Source: an uncultured Candidatus Rokubacteria bacterium (GTDB lineage Bacteria > Methylomirabilota > Methylomirabilia > Rokubacteriales > DASRDR01). From it: a DNA stretch of 64,000 bases. The stretch is from positions 64,001 to 128,000 of the forward strand of contig CAWDVE010000018.1 in the NCBI GenBank assembly GCA_963805625.1, read 5' to 3'. How positions within the stretch are numbered: position 1 is the first letter of the stretch; each line of letters opens with the position of its first letter. A program made the position numbers and the translations under genes. Of this stretch, positions 1 through 9,893 are shown piece by piece. The notes under the pieces are model-generated. The model was not told where the DNA came from. It was given only the letters and a program-made list of their open reading frames with translations, and did not search any database.

Positions 1-72
1 CGCCGACGGGGGCAGGAAGCGGCCGGCGAGGCATCGGGCCTTATGAGGAGTGCGATCTCGTCCATAAGCCGG

Positions 73-101
73 TTGACGCAAGTCCGTGCCCTGTACAGAA
101 T
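73..101 (+). promoter_or_regulatory. putative sigma70 promoter (TTGACG-17nt-CAGAAT) upstream of ORF 127
   Basis: -35-like TTGACG at 73-78, exact 17-nt spacer, -10-like CAGAAT at 96-101. Confidence 0.35.
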
Positions 102-126
102 CCAGGGCATGTCGTCGAGGCCGTGA

Positions 127-432
127 ATGAGCACCCCTGAACGCCCGATCTGTAGTCTGTGCAAGGCAGTGGCGGTGACCCTCAGGGGTGGTGGCGTCGT
201 CCACTGGGAACGACAGGACACCCCCGACCTCCACTACATGACGACGGCGCCGGCGATCCGGCGCCGACAATGGGCCGGCGAGGATCGGGTCGCGCGGCTG
301 CGCGAGCAGATCGACGCGATCACCAAGGCCGGTCGTGTCGCCTGGGTCGACGTCAAGGACAACGGGGACTTCGTGCTGTATCAGGCCCCGCACGGGACCG
401 TCCCGGTCAACATCCCTCGAACCCCCAGGTAA
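127..432 (+). CDS. hypothetical protein with N-terminal CxxC
   Basis: 101-aa ORF with normal amino-acid composition, unlike the overlapping shadow frames; promoter-like motif upstream. Confidence 0.6.
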   Translation: MSTPERPICSLCKAVAVTLRGGGVVHWERQDTPDLHYMTTAPAIRRRQWAGEDRVARLREQIDAITKAGRVAWVDVKDNGDFVLYQAPHGTVPVNIPRTPR

Positions 433-490
433 TCGCATCCGACCAACTCCGCGCTGGCCCGGACCAGGGATCGGCGGGCAGCCACCTGCT

Positions 491-1342
491 TCATCCGAGA
501 CCCACCAGCTCCAGTGGACGTTCGTGGAGGATCTGGTCGATCAGCTCTGGCGGGATCGGCGGGAGCCCCACGCCGTCGCCCCAGTCGTTGATGGCCTGGA
601 AGGCCGCGGCGGCCTCCCGTGTCGTCATCACCGGAAAGTCCGAGCCGAACAGAAGGCGGTCGGTCACCTTGTACTCGATCGCCGCCCGGAGGCCGTTGTA
701 GAGCTGCCACCGGCGGTGAAAGCGCGCCGAGAGGTCGGCGAACACGTTCTCGTTCTTGCGCATCAGCATCACCGTCTCCTGCATCATCGGCTGCCCGAGA
801 TGCGCGACGATCATGCGCAAGCGGGGAAACGCCCGGCCGACCCGGTCCAGGAGCAAGGGGTTGCCCCACTCGAGCGCCGCCTCCGGGTCGTAGGCGCCGC
901 CCATGTGGAACATGACCGGGACCCGGAACGCGTCGGCCATCTCGTAGAGGCGCCAGGCCGCCGGGCTCCAGGGATCGAATCCGTGGTAGACGGGGGAGAG
1001 CTTCAGGCCGCGGAGACCGAGCGTCGTGACGCTCCGCTCGAACTCGCGCGCGGCGGCCCCGTCGTTCGGGTCGACTGCGGCGAAGCCGACCGCCCGCCCC
1101 GGGTACCGCGCGACGTACTCGGCGATGAAGTCGTTCGGGATGCTGCGGCCCCACTTGGTCGGCATCTTGATCACGACGAACTTCTCGGCCCCGCCGTCGG
1201 CCACGCTCCGGCGGTGGTGCTCCGGCCAGGCCTCACCGCCCATCACCCCGCGGGTCTGCAGCGCGGCCTGCGCCTCGGCGCCGATGTGCTCCGGCAGATA
1301 GCAGTGGGTGTGCCAGTCGATGAGCTGCCGCAGGGGGGGCAT
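491..1342 (-). CDS. amidohydrolase family protein (Amidohydro_2)
   Basis: DWHTH metal motif, GLRGLKL, PVMFHMG, AHLG, LFGSDFP; start placed at MPPLRQLIDWHTH. Confidence 0.9.
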   Translation of the reverse strand: MPPLRQLIDWHTHCYLPEHIGAEAQAALQTRGVMGGEAWPEHHRRSVADGGAEKFVVIKMPTKWGRSIPNDFIAEYVARYPGRAVGFAAVDPNDGAAAREFERSVTTLGLRGLKLSPVYHGFDPWSPAAWRLYEMADAFRVPVMFHMGGAYDPEAALEWGNPLLLDRVGRAFPRLRMIVAHLGQPMMQETVMLMRKNENVFADLSARFHRRWQLYNGLRAAIEYKVTDRLLFGSDFPVMTTREAAAAFQAINDWGDGVGLPPIPPELIDQILHERPLELVGLG

Positions 1343-1371
1343 CTCCGTGCGAGCGGGCCGTGAGCGGACGC

Positions 1372-2562
1372 TCAGCGCCCGGCGGCGCGGTCCCGGGCTC
1401 CGGAGGGCGTGGCGGCGGGGGGAGCAGTCTCCATCGGCCGGCGGAAGGCGGGCATCACCTTCGTCGCGAAGAGCTCGAGGTTGCGCAGGATCAGCCGCTG
1501 GGGGATCCCCGGATGCGCGTGCTCCACGAGCAGGGACTGGAGACCGCACACCTCGGCCAGTTCGTGAACCCGCTCCGCCACGTGCTCCGGAGGCCCGACC
1601 AGAAGGTTTCGCGGCTCGAGGAACTCCCAATCGAGCTTCGTGCCGGGCTCGAGCTCCTCGCCCGGGTTCGTGAATACCTCGCGCCCGCGGAACGGATCGT
1701 TGTAGATGAAGGCGGACAGGATGGGTGCCTCGGCCTCACGGCGGGCGGCCTCCATCGTCGGCGCCACGTAGAGGTTCCGCAGCACGGCCTGGCCCGACGA
1801 CGGGGACACCGGCCGGCCCTCGATCCGGGACCGGATCTCCGCGTAGAGCTCCATGCGCTGCCGCACCCGGCGCGGCGGCGGCTGCCAGTAGCAGGGCTGG
1901 AGCCCCAGCTCGGCGGCGAAGCTGACCGAGCGGTCGGTCGACACGGTCATCCACAGCGGCGGATGCGGCCGCTGGAAGGGTTTGGGCGTGACGCGCAGCT
2001 TCAGGACCCGGTCGCCGTCCTGCCACGCCGGGTCCGCCGGGTAGCGCGGATGCGCGAACCGAGTGTCGGGGGCGGGGAACGTGTAGTTCGGGCCCGCGTG
2101 GGCAAACCGCTCCTCGGTCCAGGCCTTCCGCACGATCTCGACGGTCTCGCGAAAGAGCTCGCGGTTCTCCTGATCCTTCCGCGGGTCGGCGTGTGGATGG
2201 AACTGCGGGCCCTCGTAAGGCCAAATGCCGCGGCCGAAGCCGACGTCGACCCGGCCCCGGGTGAGATTGTCCAGGATGGCCAGGTCCTCCGCCAGCCGGA
2301 TCGGATGCCACCAGGGGGCGATGTTCGCCATTTGTCCGATCCGGATGCGGCGCGTCCGCGCCGCCAGGTCGGCCCCCACCAGGATCGGATTCGGAAGGTC
2401 GCCGAGACCGTAGGGGCCGAAGTGATGCTCCCCCATCCACACCGCGTCGTAGCCGAGCTCCTCCGCCAGGACGACCTGCTCTCGCAGGTTGTCGAGCAGG
2501 TCCGCCGGCGTCTCGGCGCCGCCGTCACAGTCGTAGAGCGTGGTGAAGAGGCCAACCCGCAT
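1372..2562 (-). CDS. LLM-class flavin-dependent oxidoreductase (luciferase-like monooxygenase)
   Basis: AEELGYDAVWMGEHHF, HPIRLAEDLAILDNLTRGRVDVGFGRG, PKPFQRPHPPLW. Confidence 0.92.
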   Translation of the reverse strand: MRVGLFTTLYDCDGGAETPADLLDNLREQVVLAEELGYDAVWMGEHHFGPYGLGDLPNPILVGADLAARTRRIRIGQMANIAPWWHPIRLAEDLAILDNLTRGRVDVGFGRGIWPYEGPQFHPHADPRKDQENRELFRETVEIVRKAWTEERFAHAGPNYTFPAPDTRFAHPRYPADPAWQDGDRVLKLRVTPKPFQRPHPPLWMTVSTDRSVSFAAELGLQPCYWQPPPRRVRQRMELYAEIRSRIEGRPVSPSSGQAVLRNLYVAPTMEAARREAEAPILSAFIYNDPFRGREVFTNPGEELEPGTKLDWEFLEPRNLLVGPPEHVAERVHELAEVCGLQSLLVEHAHPGIPQRLILRNLELFATKVMPAFRRPMETAPPAATPSGARDRAAGR

Positions 2563-2744
2563 CAGGGCCCTCCTGGCCTGGGGACACGCGAACCCGGCGT
2601 CTCCGCCGGGAACCGCTCCAGCTGCCCGTCCCGATCCACGACCACCGCCCCGAATGGTGTCTGCCCCCGGGTGATGGCGGCCTCGGCCAGCTCGAGGGCG
2701 CGCACCATGAAGACCGCGTCCTGTCGCTCTCGCGCCTGGCTCAT
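2562..2744 (-). pseudogene. truncated nucleoside/cytidine deaminase (TadA/guanine deaminase-like N-terminus only)
   Basis: FMVRALELAEAAITRGQTPFGAVVVDRDG matches the family N-terminus; HAE and PCxxC Zn motifs are absent; 60 aa; stop overlaps the LLM start (TGATG). Confidence 0.7.
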
Positions 2745-2772
2745 CCCGGCGCTCACCGCCCCTGCCCGCTCG

Positions 2773-3397
2773 TCAGAGCGGCCACTCGCGCTCCGCGCGC
2801 CAGGTGACGCCGTCACGGTAGTCGTAGTACTTCGTCCGGCGCAGGACCGCCTCTCCCCTGCCGCGGACGCCCCCCGGCAGGATACCCTGGTGGAGCCGCA
2901 CGTCGGTGTAGTGGCGGGGCGCGAGCTCCCGCGCCGCGTGGGCGTGACGCTCGCTGACGCGCCAGTGCTCGCGCGCCTCGTCCCCGTCGAGGAGGATCAG
3001 GTTGCCCCAGTCCCCGTCGCCGAGCTCGAGCGAGCTGTAGCTGAGGATGCCCGGATGGCCGGGAAACTCCTGGATCAGCTCCTCGTCCCGGACGGTGAGC
3101 GGCGTGCTGTCGACGTCCCGGCGCTTCACCGCGAAGAAGCCGACCCAGGCGAGGTCCCGGCCGTCTCCCAGTCGGCGCGCGTCGCAGATGATCGCCCGGT
3201 GCGCCCGGCCCATCCGTCTCGTGCCCCGCGAGCACGAGCGGGTACGGCCCCGCCGGCAGGGCGGCCGCGCTGATCTGATACCGGATGTTGTCCAGCATCA
3301 GCCCGACCGCCGCCAGGTCCCTGGTGGTCCGAGCGGGATCCGTGAACCCCCGGCCGACCGCGGTCTCCCGCGGCGCCAAACGCACGCAGTCGTCCAC
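2773..3397 (-). pseudogene. hypothetical protein with a single-base frameshift near 3210 (true pseudogene or sequencing error)
   Basis: GTG start after GGAGGG; frame 2813..3421 reads ...HETDG and joins frame 2773..3213 (RAHRAIIC...) if one G of GATGGGCCGG is removed. Confidence 0.65.
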
Positions 3398-3481
3398 CGC
3401 GCCCTCCGTCGCGCCGATCATTCCTGGCCCCGGCGGGCCTTGTCAACGGGCCGACCGCCGGACCGTAGCCAACACCCTGGG

Positions 3482-3487
3482 TAGAAT
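3482..3487 (+). promoter_or_regulatory. -10 box TAGAAT, probable leaderless promoter
   Basis: TAGAAT lies 8 nt before ATG 3496. Confidence 0.45.
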
Positions 3488-3495
3488 GAGGGGCG

Positions 3496-4300
3496 ATGCT
3501 CCGCCTGGCATCCTTTCTCGCCGAGAACGCCCGGCCGCTCTACGAGCGGATCGCAGGCTATCTGGCCGACCGGCTGGGCGGTCCGGTAGAGCTCCTGGCC
3601 GGCGTACCCGGGGAGGAGCAGCACCGCCGGCTCGACGGGGGCGCCATCGACGCCGCGTTCATTTGCGGGCTTCCGTACGCCCGGAAGCACGATCGCCCGG
3701 ACCGCCCGATCGAGCTCCTGTGCGCCCCCGTGATGGCCGCGCCGCGCTACGCCGGGGTGCCGGTCTACTTCACCGATGTGGTCGTCCGGCGGGACCATCC
3801 GGCGCGGACCTTCGCGGATCTCCGCGGCCACGTCTGGGCCTACAACGACGAGGGCTCCCACTCTGGGTACAACGTCGTGCGGCACCACTTGCTCGCCCTC
3901 GGGGAAACGCGGGGGTACTTCGGCCGGGTGGTCGCCTCGGGCGCGCACCAGCGCTCGATCCAGATGGTCCTGGACGGCACGATCGACGCGTCCGGCATCG
4001 ACAGCACGGTGCTGGAGACCGAGGCGGCCCGCCGACCGGAGCTCGAGGCGGAGTCTCCGCACGATCGCCGTGATCGGACCGAGCCCCATTCCCCCGGTCG
4101 TCGTGGCCCGCGGGCTCGACCCGTCACGTAAGGCACGCCTCCGAGAGCTCTTCCTCGGGATGTCGGCGGACCCCGCGGGGCGCGCCGTCCTCGCGGAGGG
4201 CCGGATGGCTGGCTTCGTCCCGGTGCGGGACGCCGACTACGACCCGATCCGCGAGATGGCCCGGCGGGCCCAGGCGGCGGGCTTCCTCACGCTGCGCTGA
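3496..4300 (+). CDS. PhnD/SsuA-like phosphate/phosphonate-type substrate-binding family protein, frameshifted near 4050
   Basis: DAAFICGLPY, PVYFTDVVV, WAYNDEGSHSGYN, SGAHQRSI, DASGIDSTV; the C-terminus (LRTIAVIGPSPIPPVVV...YDPIREM) is in the next frame; extra G at 4050-4051. Confidence 0.8.
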
Positions 4301-4332
4301 GAGGCCGCGAATCAGTCCTTCGCGGGGCGGCG

Positions 4333-5577
4333 TCAGCTGAGGAGCTTCGCGTCGAAGGGGTAGGTGCAGAGGAGCTCGCAGCCCGACGCCGTCACCACCA
4401 CCTGGTCTTCGAGCTTGACGCCGAACGGGGCTCCGACCTTGCCCGCGTAGCACTCGAGGTTCAGGACCATGTTCTCCTTGAGCTCGCGCTGGGGCAGGAT
4501 GCGTCGCGGCCCGCGGTCGTCGTCCACGTACGGGATGCCGGGGCCCTCGTCCTCGAGCCCCGCCTGGTGGACCATGCCCGGGTAGCGCATCGCGCGGTAG
4601 GCCTCGGGCAGCTTCGGCGCCTGCGCGGCGAACTCCGCGAACGTCATCCCCGGCCGGACGAGCTCGACCATGCCGGTCACGCAGTCGTAGGCGACCCGGT
4701 ACGCCTCCTTCTGCGCGGGCGAGGGATCGTCCCCGCAGAGGAAGGTGCGCGAGACGTCGATGACGTACCCCTCGTAGCCGTTGGCGTCGGTGTCGACGCC
4801 GACCAGGTCGCCGGGCTGGACGATCTTGTCGTGGGCCTCGGTGAGCCACGGGTTCGTGTTGGTGCCGGACGCGACGAGGCGGGTGAAGAGAAACTCACCG
4901 TGGCGCCGGAGGAGCGAGTCGCTCAGCACGGCGAGCAGCTCGTACTCCCGGATCCCCGGACGGATGGCCGCCTCGAACTCGGCCAGCATCGCGTCCCCGA
5001 TCCCGCCGTTCACGGCCATGAGCTGGACCTCTTCCGGGGTCTTCACCTCTCGGGCGTCGACCGTCGCCGGGCTCGCGTCGGCGAGCTGAAACCCCTCGGC
5101 CTGGAGCGCCAGGAAGCCGATCGTGTCCAGGCGGTCGACGCCGATCCGCTCCCGGTCCAGGCCCATCTCCCGCAGCACCGAGCGGAGCGACTGGGCCCAC
5201 TCCCGGGCCTTGGCGGCCGACTCCACTCCGCCGAACTGCCAGGTGAACGCCGTCCGGACGTCCTGGACCAGCTTCTGGGCGACGTGGACCGACCCCTTGT
5301 ACTCGAACAGCACGGGGGGGCCCTCGGCCGGCACCACGCAGTACCGGGCGAAGGTGCCGGCCGTCCAGACGCCCATCACGTCGACCCCGGTCGCGTACCG
5401 GATGTTCGCCGTGCCGTAGAAGAGGCACACCGGCAGATCGTGGCGCTTCATCATCGCCTGCAGCCGGGCGAGGCGCCCGGCGCGCAGCGCGCCGAAGTCG
5501 ATCTCGGAGAGGTTCGGCACGCGCAGCGCGCTGACGCGGGGGCGGGCGGCCAGGGCGCGGCCTCGCTCGGTGATCAT
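4333..5577 (-). CDS. M24 (Xaa-Pro peptidase fold) protein, DddP DMSP-lyase-like
   Basis: NIRYATG, TRLVASGTNTNPW, DTD-x9-D, Y-x4-H-x5-DE, LECY, VKLEDQV, YPFD C-terminus. Confidence 0.85.
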   Translation of the reverse strand: MITERGRALAARPRVSALRVPNLSEIDFGALRAGRLARLQAMMKRHDLPVCLFYGTANIRYATGVDVMGVWTAGTFARYCVVPAEGPPVLFEYKGSVHVAQKLVQDVRTAFTWQFGGVESAAKAREWAQSLRSVLREMGLDRERIGVDRLDTIGFLALQAEGFQLADASPATVDAREVKTPEEVQLMAVNGGIGDAMLAEFEAAIRPGIREYELLAVLSDSLLRRHGEFLFTRLVASGTNTNPWLTEAHDKIVQPGDLVGVDTDANGYEGYVIDVSRTFLCGDDPSPAQKEAYRVAYDCVTGMVELVRPGMTFAEFAAQAPKLPEAYRAMRYPGMVHQAGLEDEGPGIPYVDDDRGPRRILPQRELKENMVLNLECYAGKVGAPFGVKLEDQVVVTASGCELLCTYPFDAKLLS

Positions 5578-5749
5578 GCGTACGGCTCCTTTCGGTGACG
5601 GGTTCGCCTCCCGGGGCAGCGCCGGCGGCGGCCACGCATGGCCCCGGCAGTATCGGCGAGGGAACCGGGGCCGATAAGGGGCACGTTGCGGCACGGCGCC
5701 GCGCCGCACTACAATGTGGGCGCCCCGCGGCGACAGAGACACCCCGGCG

Positions 5750-6688
5750 ATGGCACGCTTCTGCCTGAAGCACTTGCTCGCCCTGACCACCACGCTCCTC
5801 GTGGTGTCATTCCTGGTCTTCGCCCTCAACGAGTTCTCCCCGGGGGACGTCGTGCGGAAGATCCTGGGCGCCTACGCGACCCAGGAGCAGGTGGCGCACC
5901 TGACGAATGAAATGGGCCTCGACCGGCCGGTCATCGTGCGGTACGTCGAGTACCTCAGCAAGCTCGCCTCCGGCGACCTGGGCTTCTCGACCAGGTTCAA
6001 GGTGCCGGTCCGGCAGATCATCTGGGACCGGCTCCGGAACACCCTCGTCCTGGCCGCCATCGCGTTCGCGCTGATCGTGCCGGTCTCGATGCTCCTCGGT
6101 GTCCTCGCCGGCATGCGGGAGGGCTCCTGGCTCGACCGCGTGATCCTCGTGTTCAGCACGGTGTCCGCCTCGGTGCCAGAGTTCGCGATGGGGGTCTTCC
6201 TGGCGAGCATCTTCGTCGTGGGGCTCGGATGGCTGCCGGGCACCGCGACGCTGGTGGCCGGAGGCGGCTGGTCGGTGGCGTCCCAGTTCGTCCTCCCCGT
6301 CGCGGTCATCGTCCTCTACGACGCGGGGTACGTGGTCAGCATGATCCGGGCCTCCATGGTGGAGGTGATGCAGCGGCCCTACATCCGGACCGCGGTGCTG
6401 AAGGGCATGGCCTTCCGGTGGGTCGTCCTGGGTCACGCGCTCCGGAACGCGATGATCAACCCCGTAACGGTGATCTGCCTGCAGCTCAGCTACTTGGTCT
6501 CCGGGGTGGTCGTGGTCGAGACCGTGTTCGCCTACCCGGGATTCGGCCGCATGATGCTGGAGGCCGCCCTGTTCAAGGACATCGCGCTCATCGAGGCCGG
6601 GGCACTGGTCGCGGTCGGCGTCGCGATCTTCACGCAGATCCTGGGCGACCTCGCCTACATGCTCCTCGACCCGAGGATCCGCGCGTGA
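5750..6688 (+). CDS. Dpp/Opp ABC transporter permease (DppB-like)
   Basis: PGD..., GLDRP, GDLGFS, YIRTAVLKG EAA-like loop, VETVFAYPGFG. Confidence 0.92.
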   Translation: MARFCLKHLLALTTTLLVVSFLVFALNEFSPGDVVRKILGAYATQEQVAHLTNEMGLDRPVIVRYVEYLSKLASGDLGFSTRFKVPVRQIIWDRLRNTLVLAAIAFALIVPVSMLLGVLAGMREGSWLDRVILVFSTVSASVPEFAMGVFLASIFVVGLGWLPGTATLVAGGGWSVASQFVLPVAVIVLYDAGYVVSMIRASMVEVMQRPYIRTAVLKGMAFRWVVLGHALRNAMINPVTVICLQLSYLVSGVVVVETVFAYPGFGRMMLEAALFKDIALIEAGALVAVGVAIFTQILGDLAYMLLDPRIRA

Positions 6689-7593
6689 CGCCGCCGAGCG
6701 TGGACTCCGCGACCGTCCAGCCCGTCGCGCTCCCGCGCGCCCCGGCGGCCCTGGCGGGGCTCCGGACCCTCGGGCGCGGGCTCCTGCGTGTCACCGAGTC
6801 CCCGGCGGCGACCGTCGGCCTCGCGATCGTCCTCCTTTGGGTGCTGGCCGCGATCCTGGCGCCCCTCCTCTCCCCCTACGCGCCCAACGCGAACGACTTC
6901 GCGGCGCTGGCGAGTCCGACCCCTTCGCGCGCGCACTGGCTCGGAACCGACCACCTCGGCCGGGACATCGTCGCGCGGATCCTGTGGGGCGCTCGCACGG
7001 TGCTCACGGTCGCGCCGCTGGCCGTCCTCGGCGCGACCCTCCTCGGCGCGCTCCTCGGGCTTTCGGCCGGATACTACCGGGGCTGGGTGGACCTGATCAT
7101 CAGTCGCGCGGGCGACATCATCCTCACCTTCCCGGTCATCATCCTCTACATGATCGTCCTGGCGGCCTTCGGCTCCTCGGCGGGCAACATCATCGCGGTT
7201 CTCACGCTCACCAAGGCGCCGATCATCGCCCGGATCGTGCGCGGGCTCACGCTCGAGCTCCGCGAGCGCGAGTACGTGGCCGCCGCGAAGATGCGGGGCG
7301 AGTCGGCGCTCTACATCATGGTCGTCGAGATCCTGCCGAACGCCCGCGGGCCGCTCCTCGTCGACATGTGCCTTCGCATGGGCTACACGATCGTCCTCAT
7401 CGGGGTGCTCGGCTTCCTCGGCATCGGCCTGCCGCCGCCCGACCCCGACTGGGGCGGCATGGTCAAGGACACCTACGGCATGATGTCGGTCTGGCCGCAC
7501 ATGTCGCTCTTTCCCTGCGCGGCCATCTCCTCGCTCGTGATCGGCTTCAATCTCCTCGCGGTCGGCCTCCGGGAGATCGCGCTGCGTGACTGA
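6685..7593 (+). CDS. Dpp/Opp ABC transporter permease (DppC-like)
   Basis: GTGA overlap with the upstream stop; HWLGTDHLGRD, REYVAAAKMRG, LGFLGIGLPPPDPDWG. Confidence 0.92.
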   Translation: MTPPSVDSATVQPVALPRAPAALAGLRTLGRGLLRVTESPAATVGLAIVLLWVLAAILAPLLSPYAPNANDFAALASPTPSRAHWLGTDHLGRDIVARILWGARTVLTVAPLAVLGATLLGALLGLSAGYYRGWVDLIISRAGDIILTFPVIILYMIVLAAFGSSAGNIIAVLTLTKAPIIARIVRGLTLELREREYVAAAKMRGESALYIMVVEILPNARGPLLVDMCLRMGYTIVLIGVLGFLGIGLPPPDPDWGGMVKDTYGMMSVWPHMSLFPCAAISSLVIGFNLLAVGLREIALRD

Positions 7594-9718
7594 GCCGGAG
7601 CGGGCCGCCGTGTCCCGCCGCCCCCGGCCGGCGACGGGCGGGGGGCCCGGAGCCGCGCCTGCCCCGCGACCGCCGCTCCTCGAGTTCCAGGACGTGCAGA
7701 TCTCGTACTTCCCCCGGGCCGGCGAGGTCACGGTCATCCCGGGGCTGAGCTTCACGCTCGGTCAGGGAGAAGCCCTCGGGCTGGTGGGGGAATCCGGCTG
7801 CGGCAAGTCCACAGTCGCGCTGAGCATCATGCGCTTCCTCGGGCGGACCGGACGCGTCACGAGCGGCCGGATCCTCTTCGAGGGCCAGAACCTGGCCACG
7901 ATGGACGAGGCTGCGATCCGCCGACTCCGCGGGCGGCGGATCGCGATGGTCTACCAGGATCCGATGGCCAGCCTGAATCCCGTGATGACCGTCGGCCGTC
8001 AGCTCATGGAAGTGCCCATGCTCCACGAGGGGATCGGCGCGACGGCCGCCCGCGAGCGCGCCCTCCGCATGCTGGAGGAGGTCAACCTGGCCGACCCCGC
8101 CGGCGTCTTCCGACGCTACCCGCACCAGCTCTCGGGGGGACAGCAGCAGCGGATCGTGATCGCGATGGCCCTCATCGCGGAGCCCGCGTTGCTCGTCATG
8201 GACGAGCCCACGACCGGGCTGGACGTCACCGTGGAGGCGGCCGTTCTCGACCTCGTCCGCGCGCTCCGTCAGCGGCACAACTCAGCGATCCTCTACATCA
8301 GCCACAACCTCGGCACGGTGGCCCGCGTCTGCGACCGTGTCGGCGTGATGTACGGCGGCGAGCTGGTCGAGGAGGGCGCCCTCCGCCACGTCTTCGCGAA
8401 CCCGCGCCACCCCTACACGCGAGGCCTCCTCGACTGCCTGCCGACGCTCGGCCGCGACAAGCGCGGCGCCCCGCTCACGCCGATTCCCGGGCAGGTCGGC
8501 TCGCTGCGCGAGCGCCCGATCGGCTGCGGGTTCGCCAGCCGGTGCGTGCACGCCGACCCGGGCCGGTGCCTGACCGCGCCCATCGCCCTGTCCGACGTCC
8601 CCGGGGACGAGCGACACCGCGTCCGGTGCGTCCGGGCGGGCGAGCTCTCATCGTGGGCGCGCCGGGAGGCCATCGCGGGCACGCCCGACGGCGCGGCCGC
8701 CAGGCCGGCCACGCTGGTCGTCGACCGCCTCCGCAAGGTCTACCGGCCACGGAAGGGCTGGCTCGGGATGCGGCGAGGGTCCGTGCGGGCGCTCAACGAG
8801 GTCGATCTCCAGGCGACGAAGGCCCGGACTCTCGCCATCGTCGGCGAGTCGGGCTCGGGGAAATCGACCCTCGCCCGGGTGTTGAGCGGGCTCGAGACCG
8901 CCACCGGGGGCCAGGTCCACCTGGGCGACACGGAGGTGGGTGCCATCTCGATCGACCGGCGCTCGGGCGCGCTGCGCCGAAAACTCCAGATGGTCTTCCA
9001 GAACCCGGACAGCACGCTCAACCCGAGTCACACGGTGGGCTACTCGATCGGTCGCGCCCTCCGCCGGCTGCGCCATCTCTCGCGCGAGGCCACCCGGCAG
9101 GAGGTCGCCCATCTCCTCGAGGTCGTCAAGCTGCCGGCAGAGCTGGCCGGACGGAAGCCCCACCAGCTGTCAGGTGGCCAGAAGCAGCGCGTCGCCATCG
9201 CGCGGGCGCTCGCCGGCGACCCGGACGTCATGGTCGCCGACGAGCCCGTCTCCGCGCTCGACGTGTCCGTGCAGGCGGCGATCGTCAACCTGCTGAGCGA
9301 GCTCCAGGCCAGCCGCGAATCCACGCTCGTGTTCATCTCCCACGACCTCGCCGTGGTGCGCTATCTCGCCGACCACGTCGCGGTGATGTATCTCGGCAAG
9401 GTCGTCGAGTTCGGTCCCGTGGAAGCCGTGTTTTCCCCACCCCACCACCCCTACACCGAGGCGCTCCTGTCCGCCGTGCCGGTGCCGGATCCGGATGACC
9501 AGCGCCCGCGCATCCTACTGGAAGGCGCCCTCCCGAGCGCCACCGCGGTGCAGCGCGGCTGTCCCTTCAGCACGCGCTGCCCGCGCCGGGTGGGCCCGAT
9601 CTGCGACGATTCGCCGCCTCCCGAGCAGAGTCTCCCCGACGGGCACCGGATCGCCTGCCACATCCCTCTCGAGGAGCTCACCCGGCTCCACCACGCGGGC
9701 CTGCCGGTCCCGCCCTGA
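7586..9718 (+). CDS. fused double ABC ATPase (DppD-DppF)
   Basis: two Walker A motifs ([18 protein letters not shown]), two LSGGQ, two HPYT/oligo_HPY Cys-containing tails. Confidence 0.93.
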   Translation: MTEPERAAVSRRPRPATGGGPGAAPAPRPPLLEFQDVQISYFPRAGEVTVIPGLSFTLGQGEALGLVGESGCGKSTVALSIMRFLGRTGRVTSGRILFEGQNLATMDEAAIRRLRGRRIAMVYQDPMASLNPVMTVGRQLMEVPMLHEGIGATAARERALRMLEEVNLADPAGVFRRYPHQLSGGQQQRIVIAMALIAEPALLVMDEPTTGLDVTVEAAVLDLVRALRQRHNSAILYISHNLGTVARVCDRVGVMYGGELVEEGALRHVFANPRHPYTRGLLDCLPTLGRDKRGAPLTPIPGQVGSLRERPIGCGFASRCVHADPGRCLTAPIALSDVPGDERHRVRCVRAGELSSWARREAIAGTPDGAAARPATLVVDRLRKVYRPRKGWLGMRRGSVRALNEVDLQATKARTLAIVGESGSGKSTLARVLSGLETATGGQVHLGDTEVGAISIDRRSGALRRKLQMVFQNPDSTLNPSHTVGYSIGRALRRLRHLSREATRQEVAHLLEVVKLPAELAGRKPHQLSGGQKQRVAIARALAGDPDVMVADEPVSALDVSVQAAIVNLLSELQASRESTLVFISHDLAVVRYLADHVAVMYLGKVVEFGPVEAVFSPPHHPYTEALLSAVPVPDPDDQRPRILLEGALPSATAVQRGCPFSTRCPRRVGPICDDSPPPEQSLPDGHRIACHIPLEELTRLHHAGLPVPP

Positions 9719-9755
9719 GGGGCGAAAACCCCGGCGCGATCCGGGCCGCGCCGGC

Positions 9756-9893
9756 TCAGGGACGCCACAGCACGCGGCCAGCTCGCGCTCCTGTATGCCG
9801 CCCGTCCCGGATCGTCATCTCCCCGGCGACGAGGACGTGCTCGATGCCGGCCGGGAAGCGGTGCGGGTCGGCGTACGTGGCAAGATCCTGCAC
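9756..9893 (-). pseudogene. C-terminal remnant of N-acyl-D-amino-acid deacylase (D-aminoacylase)
   Basis: hand translation VQDLATYADPHRFPAGIEHVLVAGEMTIRDGRHTGARAGRVLWRP* matches the family C-terminal pattern; no upstream part of the gene. Confidence 0.75.
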
